Assembly (NCBI RefSeq): GCF_000008625.1
Contig: NC_000918.1
Location: forward strand, 1,290,001-1,322,000
Length of the DNA stretch: 32,000 nucleotides
DNA from: Aquifex aeolicus VF5
GTDB lineage: Bacteria > Aquificota > Aquificia > Aquificales > Aquificaceae
Reading direction: 5' to 3'
Positions 8,231 to 15,321 of this stretch are shown one piece after another. Below the pieces are notes generated by a model. That model saw only the letters and a program-made list of their open reading frames with translations. It was not told where the DNA came from and ran no database searches. Each line of letters opens with the position of its first letter. Positions within the stretch are counted from its first letter, which is position 1. The position numbers and the translations under genes are program-made.

Positions 8231-8890
8231 TTACTTAAAAAATTCTAACTCCTTTTCTATTTCTTCCAGAATACTTTTAGTTCTGGTTATTTCCGCTTTC
8301 ACCAATTCCTCTTCACCGGCTTCGGCGTAATTTTTCACTTTCTTTATTGTATCATCCAACTCGTAAATTTTGCGTTTTATGTTGTCAATCTTCTTTGCAA
8401 TTTCACTTAAAGATTCTCTGAGTATTTCTCCGAGAGCACCCGCTGGGTCGAGACCGGTCGGCAACGCTCCGTACTCTATTTCACCCTGCTTTAACCTTTC
8501 AACTACTTCCATAATTTGGCCGAGCTTTTCAACAACTTCCGTATACTCCACGTGGACGTCTGCAAGTTGCTTTTCCAGAGAACTTTTAACGTTTTTTATA
8601 CCTCCTTCAATATAACTCACTATATCCCGTAGCTCCTCGTACAGGGGGGAGTAAAAGACACTTCCTTCAAGGTTTTGTCTATTTTCGTAAACAAATTCCG
8701 CAAAGTAGAGAAGCACTCCTAGAAGTTTTTCTACCTTTTTTGTGTATACGTAAGAAGTAAAGGCTGAAACAAAGAGGGCGTAACCTCCGGCGATTAAGGA
8801 AGATACTATTAATTCCGTTTTTAATACAAAGAAGAGAATCAAGAAGTTCAATAAAAATAGAAAAATAAAAATAAAAAGATAAGCTTTCAA
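8231..8890 (-). CDS. Two-TM membrane protein with a HAMP-like linker and long coiled coil, with no kinase/ATPase domain (occupies the CvnA position)
   Basis: 219 aa with two N-terminal hydrophobic helices, then heptad-rich E/K sequence (GALGEILRESLSEIAKKIDNIKRKIYELDD). It has a TTG start and lies 12 nt upstream of the Roadblock gene. Confidence 0.6.
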   Translation of the reverse strand: MKAYLFIFIFLFLLNFLILFFVLKTELIVSSLIAGGYALFVSAFTSYVYTKKVEKLLGVLLYFAEFVYENRQNLEGSVFYSPLYEELRDIVSYIEGGIKNVKSSLEKQLADVHVEYTEVVEKLGQIMEVVERLKQGEIEYGALPTGLDPAGALGEILRESLSEIAKKIDNIKRKIYELDDTIKKVKNYAEAGEEELVKAEITRTKSILEEIEKELEFFK

Positions 8891-8925
8891 AAACTCATCG
8901 GTTAAAGAAATCCACTTCAGTACCT

Positions 8926-9558
8926 TTATTTCTTGCCCACCTCCTCGAACTTTATTAATTTAATTTTATCAACATCCTTACCGAAGGATACACCGAATTC
9001 CGAAAGCTCGCTGACCTTAGCTAGATGGACGTAGCCTTCTATTACTTTCATAGCGTAGAGTTCTTTTACTTTATTCAGGTAATTGAATATATCCTCTTCG
9101 AGTATGGCGTTTCCCACGTAACCCCTCTGGAGTGTAGAAACGTGGAATATTAGCTTGAAAGGTTTTCCATATTTTGCGAGTTGTTTTAGGTCGTTATTCA
9201 AGGCTTCCTGAACCTGTTCGTCGGGAAGCTCTCCGAAGTACGCCATGTATAGAGCCTTTGGATTGTACTTTTTGAGGGAAGGGATTAAGTCTTTTCCGCC
9301 CTCTATATACCACGCTTTTTTGCCAAGTATCCTGAGACCCGTTACGAGTGCCCCTGCAAATACCGCACAGAGTTGAGAGTCTTCCATAAAGACTACACCT
9401 ACTTCGTTAAAGCCGTTTTTTGCAAGCAGTTTTGCGGTAGCGTAGGCAACGTTGAGCCTCGGGTTTACGGTCTTGGGATTTATGAACTTGTTTTCCGCAA
9501 AGGCGAACTTTAAAAATGGAAATGAAAGTCCTGCAATTAAGAGTTCTCTCCTATTCAT
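8926..9558 (-). CDS. Secreted/periplasmic hypothetical protein
   Basis: 210 aa with an N-terminal signal-like MNRRELLIAGLSFPFLKFAFA. I recognise no family. The start overlaps the ilvH stop by 8 nt. Confidence 0.6.
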   Translation of the reverse strand: MNRRELLIAGLSFPFLKFAFAENKFINPKTVNPRLNVAYATAKLLAKNGFNEVGVVFMEDSQLCAVFAGALVTGLRILGKKAWYIEGGKDLIPSLKKYNPKALYMAYFGELPDEQVQEALNNDLKQLAKYGKPFKLIFHVSTLQRGYVGNAILEEDIFNYLNKVKELYAMKVIEGYVHLAKVSELSEFGVSFGKDVDKIKLIKFEEVGKK

Positions 9559-10129
9559 TTTCCTCCTCCTTTATGGACATTTCCCTCCTCATGGCGACCT
9601 TACCGGTTCTCGCCATCTCCTTGATACCGAAAGGTTTTAAGAGCTCAATCATGGCGTTTATTTTATCCTCATCTCCAGTAACCTCTATCGTGTAAGTGTC
9701 CGGAGAAACGTCAACGACCTTGCCCCTGAATATCTCCGTTATCCTCAGAACTTCGTCCCTTGCCCTGGAAGAGGGAGTGTAAACCTTTATGAGAGCGAGT
9801 TCCCTCTCCACGTGGGGAACGTCCGTCAGGTCGGAAACCTTCAGGGTGTCTATTAGTCTCCTGAGTTGTTTTACGACCTGCTCAATTACTATATCGTCTC
9901 CGATAACCTCAATAGTCATTCTCGATATTCCCTTTTCGTGAGTTTCGCCTACGGAAAGTCCTTCTATGTTGTAACCCTTTCCCGCGATTAAGGTCGCTAT
10001 TCTCGCAAGGACTCCCATCTCGTTCCTGACTTTTACCGTGATTATGTGCTTCCTGACCTGTCCTTTTCTAATTTCCCTCTTCTGGGGTTTAATAACTTCA
10101 AGCTCACTCTTTCCCAAAGTATCCGCCAT
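9551..10129 (-). CDS. ilvH: Acetolactate synthase small (regulatory) subunit
   Basis: 192 aa with an ACT domain (HIITVKVRNEMGVLARIATLIAGKGYNIEGLSVGETHEKGISRMTIEV) plus the ALS small-subunit C-terminal domain. No large-subunit gene is adjacent. Confidence 0.9.
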   Translation of the reverse strand: MADTLGKSELEVIKPQKREIRKGQVRKHIITVKVRNEMGVLARIATLIAGKGYNIEGLSVGETHEKGISRMTIEVIGDDIVIEQVVKQLRRLIDTLKVSDLTDVPHVERELALIKVYTPSSRARDEVLRITEIFRGKVVDVSPDTYTIEVTGDEDKINAMIELLKPFGIKEMARTGKVAMRREMSIKEEENE

Positions 10130-10156
10130 TACAATCCTCCTGTTTAATAATTTATT

Positions 10157-12034
10157 ATGAAAGTATTAAAAAAAGAGGAACTTGTCCCTACGCTTTATCA
10201 ATTGTTCTCACAGGCAAAGGAAAAGGTACTTGTTGTTTCCGCATGGATCAGGGGAAGCATATTTAAGGAACTCCTATCTTTGCTTCCCGAGAATGTTCAG
10301 CTTGAGGTAATCGTGAGGGCAGGGAACTTATCTGACATGGATATCACGGACGAAGCCTTCTTCAGGGAAACTAAGAAAAAGGGAGGAAGGATACTTCTCA
10401 ACCCCAAACTCCACTCTAAGTTCCTGATAATAGACGAAAGGTACGCGGTTGTAGGTTCTTCAAACATAACCTTTATGGGGCTATACCCTGAGGGAAATGT
10501 AGAGACAAACGTCTTGATAGAAGAAAAAGAAAAGGTAAAGGAACTCCTGGAGTTTTACGAGAACCTAAAAGAAGAATCCGTAGATTACACGGACGTTGTC
10601 GGCTATGCGGTATCTTCCCGCTCTCCAAAAGAAGCGGAAATCGTACTTCTCGAAGATCTGAAAGAACAGACATACCTCGGCATTCAAGGGGAGGAGTTTT
10701 TCCTGTGCAGGCTGAGCAACGTTTCGGGAAAAAAGGAAACCAGGGAAGATGCCCTTAACAGGATACTCTCGTCGGAAGTATGGGACTGGAAGGTCGCAGC
10801 CCTTTTTGCCCACCTTTACGAAAGACCTGAGATAAAGACGGGAAGGCTTGAGATACTCGGTGAGTACGAAAAGGAGAGAAATCTTTTTAAAACACCAACG
10901 AAAAGCGTGGAGTCCGGTTCTCTCGTGAAGAAACTAGAGCCAGAAAGCGAGGAACTAAAGAGAATACTCTTCAAGAACCACTCAGGGTACGACATGAAGT
11001 ATCCCACGTACCTCGGAAAACTCTACAACACGGAAGTAAAAGCTTACCTCGACATGGACAAGGTTCTGGGTATGCACATGGCCGTTTTGGGAACAACTGG
11101 TTCGGGAAAGACAACTTTTGTAAAAAAGATACTAAAAAACTTCAAGGAAAGCGAGGTGATAATTTTCGATATTTACGGAGAATACGCGCAGGAACTTGGA
11201 GCGAAAGAAGTAATAGTGGAAAACGTCTTAATGCCGATAAGCGTAGAAGACGTAAAGGATTACCTGAAGGAAGCTGGTTCCACTTTGGAAGAACGCTCAA
11301 CGGAAGAAAAGGAATTCTTTTCCGTCTTCAGAAGGGCATTAAAACCCGATATTGAAGCGACGGAGCTGAAAGAAAAGAGTTTTAAGGAAATATACGAGGA
11401 AGCTGTGAAGAACCTCCACTCTCTTCATCTAAAACAGGATGCCCAGTCAGTTTACGAACACCTTGAAAGAACCTACTCCAGAGGAGCTTTAGAACAACAA
11501 CCTAAGGTATTAAAGGAAGTTGTAGATTTTCTGAACTCCGAAGAAAGGGTGAAGGTCTTTAACTTCAAGGAAGTGGACATAACCGAAACGAAAGTAAACC
11601 TCACGGGGTTAATACTGAAAGAAATATTTATAAGAGCCAAAAAGGACAGGAAACCGCGATTGATAGTCATAGAAGAGGCTCAGAACGTAGCTCCCGAAAG
11701 GGGAACGGGAGATGTCCCGAGCGGAAAGGAGAACGTCGCTTTCGTTTACGCCAAAAAGATAGCGATGGAGGGGAGAAAGTTAAACCTAGGCTTGATAGCT
11801 ATAACTCAAAGACCCGCAAACCTGAGCAAGTTTATACTCTCTCAACTAAACACTCAGGTGATATTTAAATTAATCACAAAAAACGACCTTGACGCGGTAT
11901 CGCCCTTTTTTGAATACTCCAAAGAGGATATTTTCAGGCTCTTGCCTTTTTTAAAGCCGGGAACGGCCTTCGTAAGCGGCTTGGCCGTCCCCTTCAGTTT
12001 TCTGTTTCAGATGGAGGAAATTCCCTACTACTGA
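10157..12034 (+). CDS. Fusion protein: N-terminal PLD-family (HKD) nuclease domain + HAS-barrel + HerA/FtsK-type P-loop ATPase
   Basis: A perfect HxK(x4)D(x6)GSxN motif (HSKFLIIDERYAVVGSSN) is at nt 10412-10465. Walker A (GTTGSGKT) is at 11090-11113, and Walker B is LIVIEEAQNVAP. The HerA-like context is LGKLY...LDMDKVLGMHMAVLG, with a C-terminal ITQRPANLS. Confidence 0.8.
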   Translation: MKVLKKEELVPTLYQLFSQAKEKVLVVSAWIRGSIFKELLSLLPENVQLEVIVRAGNLSDMDITDEAFFRETKKKGGRILLNPKLHSKFLIIDERYAVVGSSNITFMGLYPEGNVETNVLIEEKEKVKELLEFYENLKEESVDYTDVVGYAVSSRSPKEAEIVLLEDLKEQTYLGIQGEEFFLCRLSNVSGKKETREDALNRILSSEVWDWKVAALFAHLYERPEIKTGRLEILGEYEKERNLFKTPTKSVESGSLVKKLEPESEELKRILFKNHSGYDMKYPTYLGKLYNTEVKAYLDMDKVLGMHMAVLGTTGSGKTTFVKKILKNFKESEVIIFDIYGEYAQELGAKEVIVENVLMPISVEDVKDYLKEAGSTLEERSTEEKEFFSVFRRALKPDIEATELKEKSFKEIYEEAVKNLHSLHLKQDAQSVYEHLERTYSRGALEQQPKVLKEVVDFLNSEERVKVFNFKEVDITETKVNLTGLILKEIFIRAKKDRKPRLIVIEEAQNVAPERGTGDVPSGKENVAFVYAKKIAMEGRKLNLGLIAITQRPANLSKFILSQLNTQVIFKLITKNDLDAVSPFFEYSKEDIFRLLPFLKPGTAFVSGLAVPFSFLFQMEEIPYY

Positions 12035-12292
12035 TTACTTTTCCGCTCCGGCTTGTTCTTTTGCCTCCCTTGCCTTTTTCGCAAGCTCAGGAGAGTAAGC
12101 CTTACCCTGCCAGAGCATCTTGTAAACTACTTCGTAAGTACTTTCCGCGAGCTCCGTAAGCTCTTTGAAGAGCTTGTTAAAACCTTCGGACTTGTGGGAC
12201 TTTTCGTGGCTTTCCAGATCCTTCCAGAAGGTCACTATGAGTATTTCCCTGTCCTTGAGGGGGTGTTCCGTGGCCTGTCTGCGGTTGAACCT
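12035..12292 (-). CDS. ABM-fold (antibiotic-biosynthesis-monooxygenase/Dabb-like) protein, C-terminal part; frame interrupted
   Basis: The frame is open from 12292 (the listed ORF starts at GTG 12235). It encodes RFNRRQATEHPLKDREILIVTFWKDLESHEKSHKSEGFNKLFKEL, the beta3-alpha2 part of an ABM domain. It has no start or RBS of its own. Confidence 0.55.
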   Translation of the reverse strand, partial: RFNRRQATEHPLKDREILIVTFWKDLESHEKSHKSEGFNKLFKELTELAESTYEVVYKMLWQGKAYSPELAKKAREAKEQAGAEK

Positions 12293-12492
12293 TCAAGGGA
12301 AACACCACCGGTATTCAGGAGCACGAATCCTCCGTAAAAACCGTCATCAGAGTGATAGGTCTTTACGTGCTCACAGAGATATGCGGCCTTTTCCATAACC
12401 TCATCTATGTCAACACCTTCCTTCAAAACAACGTAATTTATGTTTACAATGGCATCTTCAGGTATGTCAGGTATTAAAGGATTTCCGTACAT
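12235..12492 (-). CDS. ABM-fold protein, N-terminal part; frame interrupted
   Basis: The ATG at 12492 sits 8 nt after GGAGG (12505-12501). IVNINYVVLKEGVDIDEVMEKAAYL...GFYGGFVLLN is the beta1-alpha1-beta2 part of an ABM domain. The last roughly 18 codons (STADRPRNTPSRTGKYS) look non-native. The conserved continuation is in the -1 frame. Confidence 0.55.
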   Translation of the reverse strand: MYGNPLIPDIPEDAIVNINYVVLKEGVDIDEVMEKAAYLCEHVKTYHSDDGFYGGFVLLNTGGVSLEGSTADRPRNTPSRTGKYS

Positions 12493-12515
12493 CTCACTCA
12501 CCTCCTTAGCATTTT

Positions 12516-12533
12516 AGGATATTCAAATATCCT
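12516..12533. promoter_or_regulatory. Perfect 8-2-8 inverted repeat AGGATATTcaAATATCCT (candidate operator)
   Basis: Read directly from the sequence. It lies 11 nt upstream of the ABM gene's GGAGG, in the 93-nt divergent region shared with the M50 protease gene. Confidence 0.4.
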
Positions 12534-12559
12534 TATATTTTTATGATTTGAAACATGTG

Positions 12560-12587
12560 TTTACACCTTTTTTAAGTGAATTACAAT
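12560..12587 (+). promoter_or_regulatory. Candidate sigma-70-type promoter (TTTACA - 16 nt - TACAAT) for the M50 protease gene
   Basis: TTTACA is at 12560-12565 and TACAAT at 12582-12587. The ATG at 12595 is 7 nt after the -10 element with no Shine-Dalgarno sequence, so the mRNA could be leaderless. Confidence 0.4.
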
Positions 12588-12594
12588 TAATAAG

Positions 12595-13248
12595 ATGTTT
12601 ATGAAACCTGAAGATTTGATACTTACCATTCCCGCTTTGATGATAGCGGTTATACTCCACGAAGTAGCCCACGGGTACGTAGCCTACAAAATGGGCGACC
12701 CAACCCCAAAAGCAGCGGGAAGGCTTACCCTAAACCCTATACCGCACATAGACCTTTTGGGAACTATAATCCTTCCCGGGCTTTTGATGCTCGTAGGCTC
12801 TCCCATCGTCTTCGGATGGGCAAAACCCGTTCCCATAAACCCTTACAACTTCAAGGACCTTAAAAAGGGGATGTTCCTCACCTCCATAGCCGGAGTGGCT
12901 ATGAACTTTTCCCTCGCTGTGCTCTTCGGTATGCTGAACAGACTCCTCAGGGCTGTTGTTTACTCGGTGCCCGAAGAAGTTGCAACTTTCTTGATAATTC
13001 CACTAATGATCTTTACGACTAAAGTGGTTTTAATAAACCTCGTTTTAGGACTCTTTAACGCCATTCCCATACCGCCCCTGGACGGAAGTAAAGCCCTGAT
13101 GAGCCTTCTTTCTTACAAGTACTGGGAGATGTTCTACAGGTTTGAGCAGTATGGATTTTTAATAATTACCGTTCTCCTCTTTACAGGAGTCCTCCAGAGT
13201 ATCATCCTTCCTCCATTAGTCTTTCTCTACAACCTCATACTCAATTAG
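12595..13248 (+). CDS. Site-2-protease-family (peptidase M50) membrane zinc metalloprotease
   Basis: 217-aa polytopic protein. It has HEVAHG (HExxH) in the first TM region and a NAIPIPPLDGSK (LDG) motif in a later TM. Confidence 0.85.
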   Translation: MFMKPEDLILTIPALMIAVILHEVAHGYVAYKMGDPTPKAAGRLTLNPIPHIDLLGTIILPGLLMLVGSPIVFGWAKPVPINPYNFKDLKKGMFLTSIAGVAMNFSLAVLFGMLNRLLRAVVYSVPEEVATFLIIPLMIFTTKVVLINLVLGLFNAIPIPPLDGSKALMSLLSYKYWEMFYRFEQYGFLIITVLLFTGVLQSIILPPLVFLYNLILN

Positions 13249-13703
13249 TGCATCATTTTCCCATGCATCTTTCTCATCATCTCCTTCCAGCTTTCTTTGT
13301 AATTGTGATACAACCAATACGCTACCGCTTCCTTTTCCTCTTCACTTAAAGCCTTTCCTATCGGAGGCATTACTCCGAATAGCTTAAACGCCATGGGCAT
13401 ACACACTCCCTTTTCCCTTGAAGGATTCGTTATGTAGTCCTTGACGAAAGTAATAAACTCAAGTTCACCGGGGTAGAACTTTTTCACCCTCGCTGAAACT
13501 TCGTTCATAGGTGGTGCTGCTATAGGGAGTTTTTCTCCCCTCATAGCCATCATCCTGAACTTTTTAATCTGCTCGGGAGTTGCCCTTTCTATGTGGCAGG
13601 CACTGCAGTGTTTTTTATAAACTTCGTATCCTTTCTGGAGAAGGTTATGATCCACTGCAAAAACTGGAATTGCCAAGGCTAAGGATATTAAAAGTTTTCT
13701 CAT
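13245..13703 (-). CDS. Periplasmic mono-haem c-type cytochrome
   Basis: 152 aa with a signal peptide (MRKLLISLALAIPVFA), a single CSACH haem-binding motif and a distal Met-rich region. The C-terminal tail is EMMRKMHGKMMH. Its stop codon shares bases with the stop of the convergent M50 gene (TTAG). Confidence 0.8.
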   Translation of the reverse strand: MRKLLISLALAIPVFAVDHNLLQKGYEVYKKHCSACHIERATPEQIKKFRMMAMRGEKLPIAAPPMNEVSARVKKFYPGELEFITFVKDYITNPSREKGVCMPMAFKLFGVMPPIGKALSEEEKEAVAYWLYHNYKESWKEMMRKMHGKMMH

Positions 13704-13736
13704 TTTACACCTCCTGGTTAGTAAATTCTAATCCAC

Positions 13737-13765
13737 TTTACAGGAAATTTCACGAGGTTTATATT
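13737..13765 (+). promoter_or_regulatory. Sigma-70-type promoter for SRP RNA (TTTACA - 17 nt - TATATT)
   Basis: TTTACA is at 13737-13742 and TATATT at 13760-13765. The predicted start, about 7 nt downstream, coincides with the first base pairs of the SRP RNA helix. Confidence 0.55.
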
Positions 13766-13771
13766 TATTAA

Positions 13772-13856
13772 TTAGCCCTGCGGCGGGACAGGGTGAACTC
13801 CCCCAGGCCCGAAAGGGAGCAAGGGTAAGCCCGCCGTCCCGTGCGCAGGGTCCTAA
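13772..13856 (+). ncRNA. ffs: Signal recognition particle RNA (small, 4.5S-type)
   Basis: A sharply GC-rich island in AT-rich intergenic DNA. The terminal helix pairs GCCCTGCG (13775-13782) with CGCAGGGT (13844-13851), and an inner helix pairs GGCGGG with CCCGCC. The domain IV core CCAGGCCCGAAAGGGAGCAAGGG matches the conserved CAGG..GNRA..AGCA..AAGG pattern of bacterial 4.5S RNA. An ffs-dnaX arrangement is a common synteny. Confidence 0.8.
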
Positions 13857-13881
13857 AACAAATACCCTCCAGAGGTAATAA

Positions 13882-15303
13882 ATGAACTACGTTCCCTTCG
13901 CGAGAAAGTACAGACCGAAATTCTTCAGGGAAGTAATAGGACAGGAAGCTCCCGTAAGGATACTCAAAAACGCTATAAAAAACGACAGAGTGGCTCACGC
14001 CTACCTCTTTGCCGGACCGAGGGGGGTTGGGAAGACGACTATTGCAAGAATTCTCGCAAAAGCTTTGAACTGTAAAAATCCCTCCAAAGGTGAGCCCTGC
14101 GGTGAGTGCGAAAACTGCAGGGAGATAGACAGGGGTGTGTTCCCTGACTTAATTGAAATGGATGCCGCCTCAAACAGGGGTATAGACGACGTAAGGGCAT
14201 TAAAAGAAGCGGTCAATTACAAACCTATAAAAGGAAAGTACAAGGTTTACATAATAGACGAAGCTCACATGCTCACGAAAGAAGCTTTCAACGCTCTCTT
14301 AAAAACCCTCGAAGAGCCCCCTCCCAGAACTGTTTTCGTCCTTTGTACCACGGAGTACGACAAAATTCTTCCCACGATACTCTCAAGGTGTCAGAGGATA
14401 ATCTTCTCAAAGGTAAGAAAGGAAAAAGTAATAGAGTATCTAAAAAAGATATGTGAAAAGGAAGGGATTGAGTGCGAAGAGGGAGCCCTTGAGGTTCTGG
14501 CTCATGCCTCTGAAGGGTGCATGAGGGATGCAGCCTCTCTCCTGGACCAGGCGAGCGTTTACGGGGAAGGCAGGGTAACAAAAGAAGTAGTGGAGAACTT
14601 CCTCGGAATTCTCAGTCAGGAAAGCGTTAGGAGTTTTCTGAAATTGCTTCTGAACTCAGAAGTGGACGAAGCTATAAAGTTCCTCAGAGAACTCTCAGAA
14701 AAGGGCTACAACCTGACCAAGTTTTGGGAGATGTTAGAAGAGGAAGTGAGAAACGCAATTTTAGTAAAGAGCCTGAAAAATCCCGAAAGCGTGGTTCAGA
14801 ACTGGCAGGATTACGAAGACTTCAAAGACTACCCTCTGGAAGCCCTCCTCTACGTTGAGAACCTGATAAACAGGGGTAAAGTTGAAGCGAGAACGAGAGA
14901 ACCCTTAAGAGCCTTTGAACTCGCGGTAATAAAGAGCCTTATAGTCAAAGACATAATTCCCGTATCCCAGCTCGGAAGTGTGGTAAAGGAAACCAAAAAG
15001 GAAGAAAAGAAAGTTGAAGTAAAAGAAGAGCCAAAAGTAAAAGAAGAAAAACCAAAGGAGCAGGAAGAGGACAGGTTCCAGAAAGTTTTAAACGCTGTGG
15101 ACGGCAAAATCCTTAAAAGAATACTTGAAGGGGCAAAAAGGGAAGAAAGAGACGGAAAAATCGTCCTAAAGATAGAAGCCTCTTATCTGAGAACCATGAA
15201 AAAGGAATTTGACTCACTAAAGGAGACTTTTCCTTTTTTAGAGTTTGAACCCGTGGAGGATAAAAAAAAACCTCAGAAGTCCAGCGGGACGAGGCTGTTT
15301 TAA
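13882..15303 (+). CDS. dnaX: DNA polymerase III subunit tau/gamma
   Basis: 473 aa. It has Walker A GPRGVGKTT, the Zn module CGECENC, Walker B YIIDEAHML and sensor motifs TTEYDKILPTILSRCQ. An A9 run at 15262-15270 is discussed in the findings. Confidence 0.93.
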   Translation: MNYVPFARKYRPKFFREVIGQEAPVRILKNAIKNDRVAHAYLFAGPRGVGKTTIARILAKALNCKNPSKGEPCGECENCREIDRGVFPDLIEMDAASNRGIDDVRALKEAVNYKPIKGKYKVYIIDEAHMLTKEAFNALLKTLEEPPPRTVFVLCTTEYDKILPTILSRCQRIIFSKVRKEKVIEYLKKICEKEGIECEEGALEVLAHASEGCMRDAASLLDQASVYGEGRVTKEVVENFLGILSQESVRSFLKLLLNSEVDEAIKFLRELSEKGYNLTKFWEMLEEEVRNAILVKSLKNPESVVQNWQDYEDFKDYPLEALLYVENLINRGKVEARTREPLRAFELAVIKSLIVKDIIPVSQLGSVVKETKKEEKKVEVKEEPKVKEEKPKEQEEDRFQKVLNAVDGKILKRILEGAKREERDGKIVLKIEASYLRTMKKEFDSLKETFPFLEFEPVEDKKKPQKSSGTRLF

Positions 15304-15321
15304 AGGTAAAGGAGCTCTTCA

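Noticed and set aside
12053-12398. Two plus-strand ORFs (94 and 77 aa) opposite the split ABM gene.
   Set aside because: The minus-strand frames carry the recognisable ABM-fold sequence and a proper RBS. The plus-strand translations are featureless.
13768-13998. 76-aa minus-strand ORF spanning the cytochrome/dnaX intergenic region.
   Set aside because: It overlaps the SRP RNA and the 5' end of dnaX. Its openness is a by-product of the GC-rich RNA sequence.
15262-15270. The A9 run in dnaX as a gamma-subunit-generating truncation site, as in E. coli or Thermus.
   Set aside because: The run is only 11 codons from the normal stop, and the -1 frame extends the protein rather than truncating it. 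It therefore cannot generate a classic gamma subunit. The extension scenario is reported as a finding instead.
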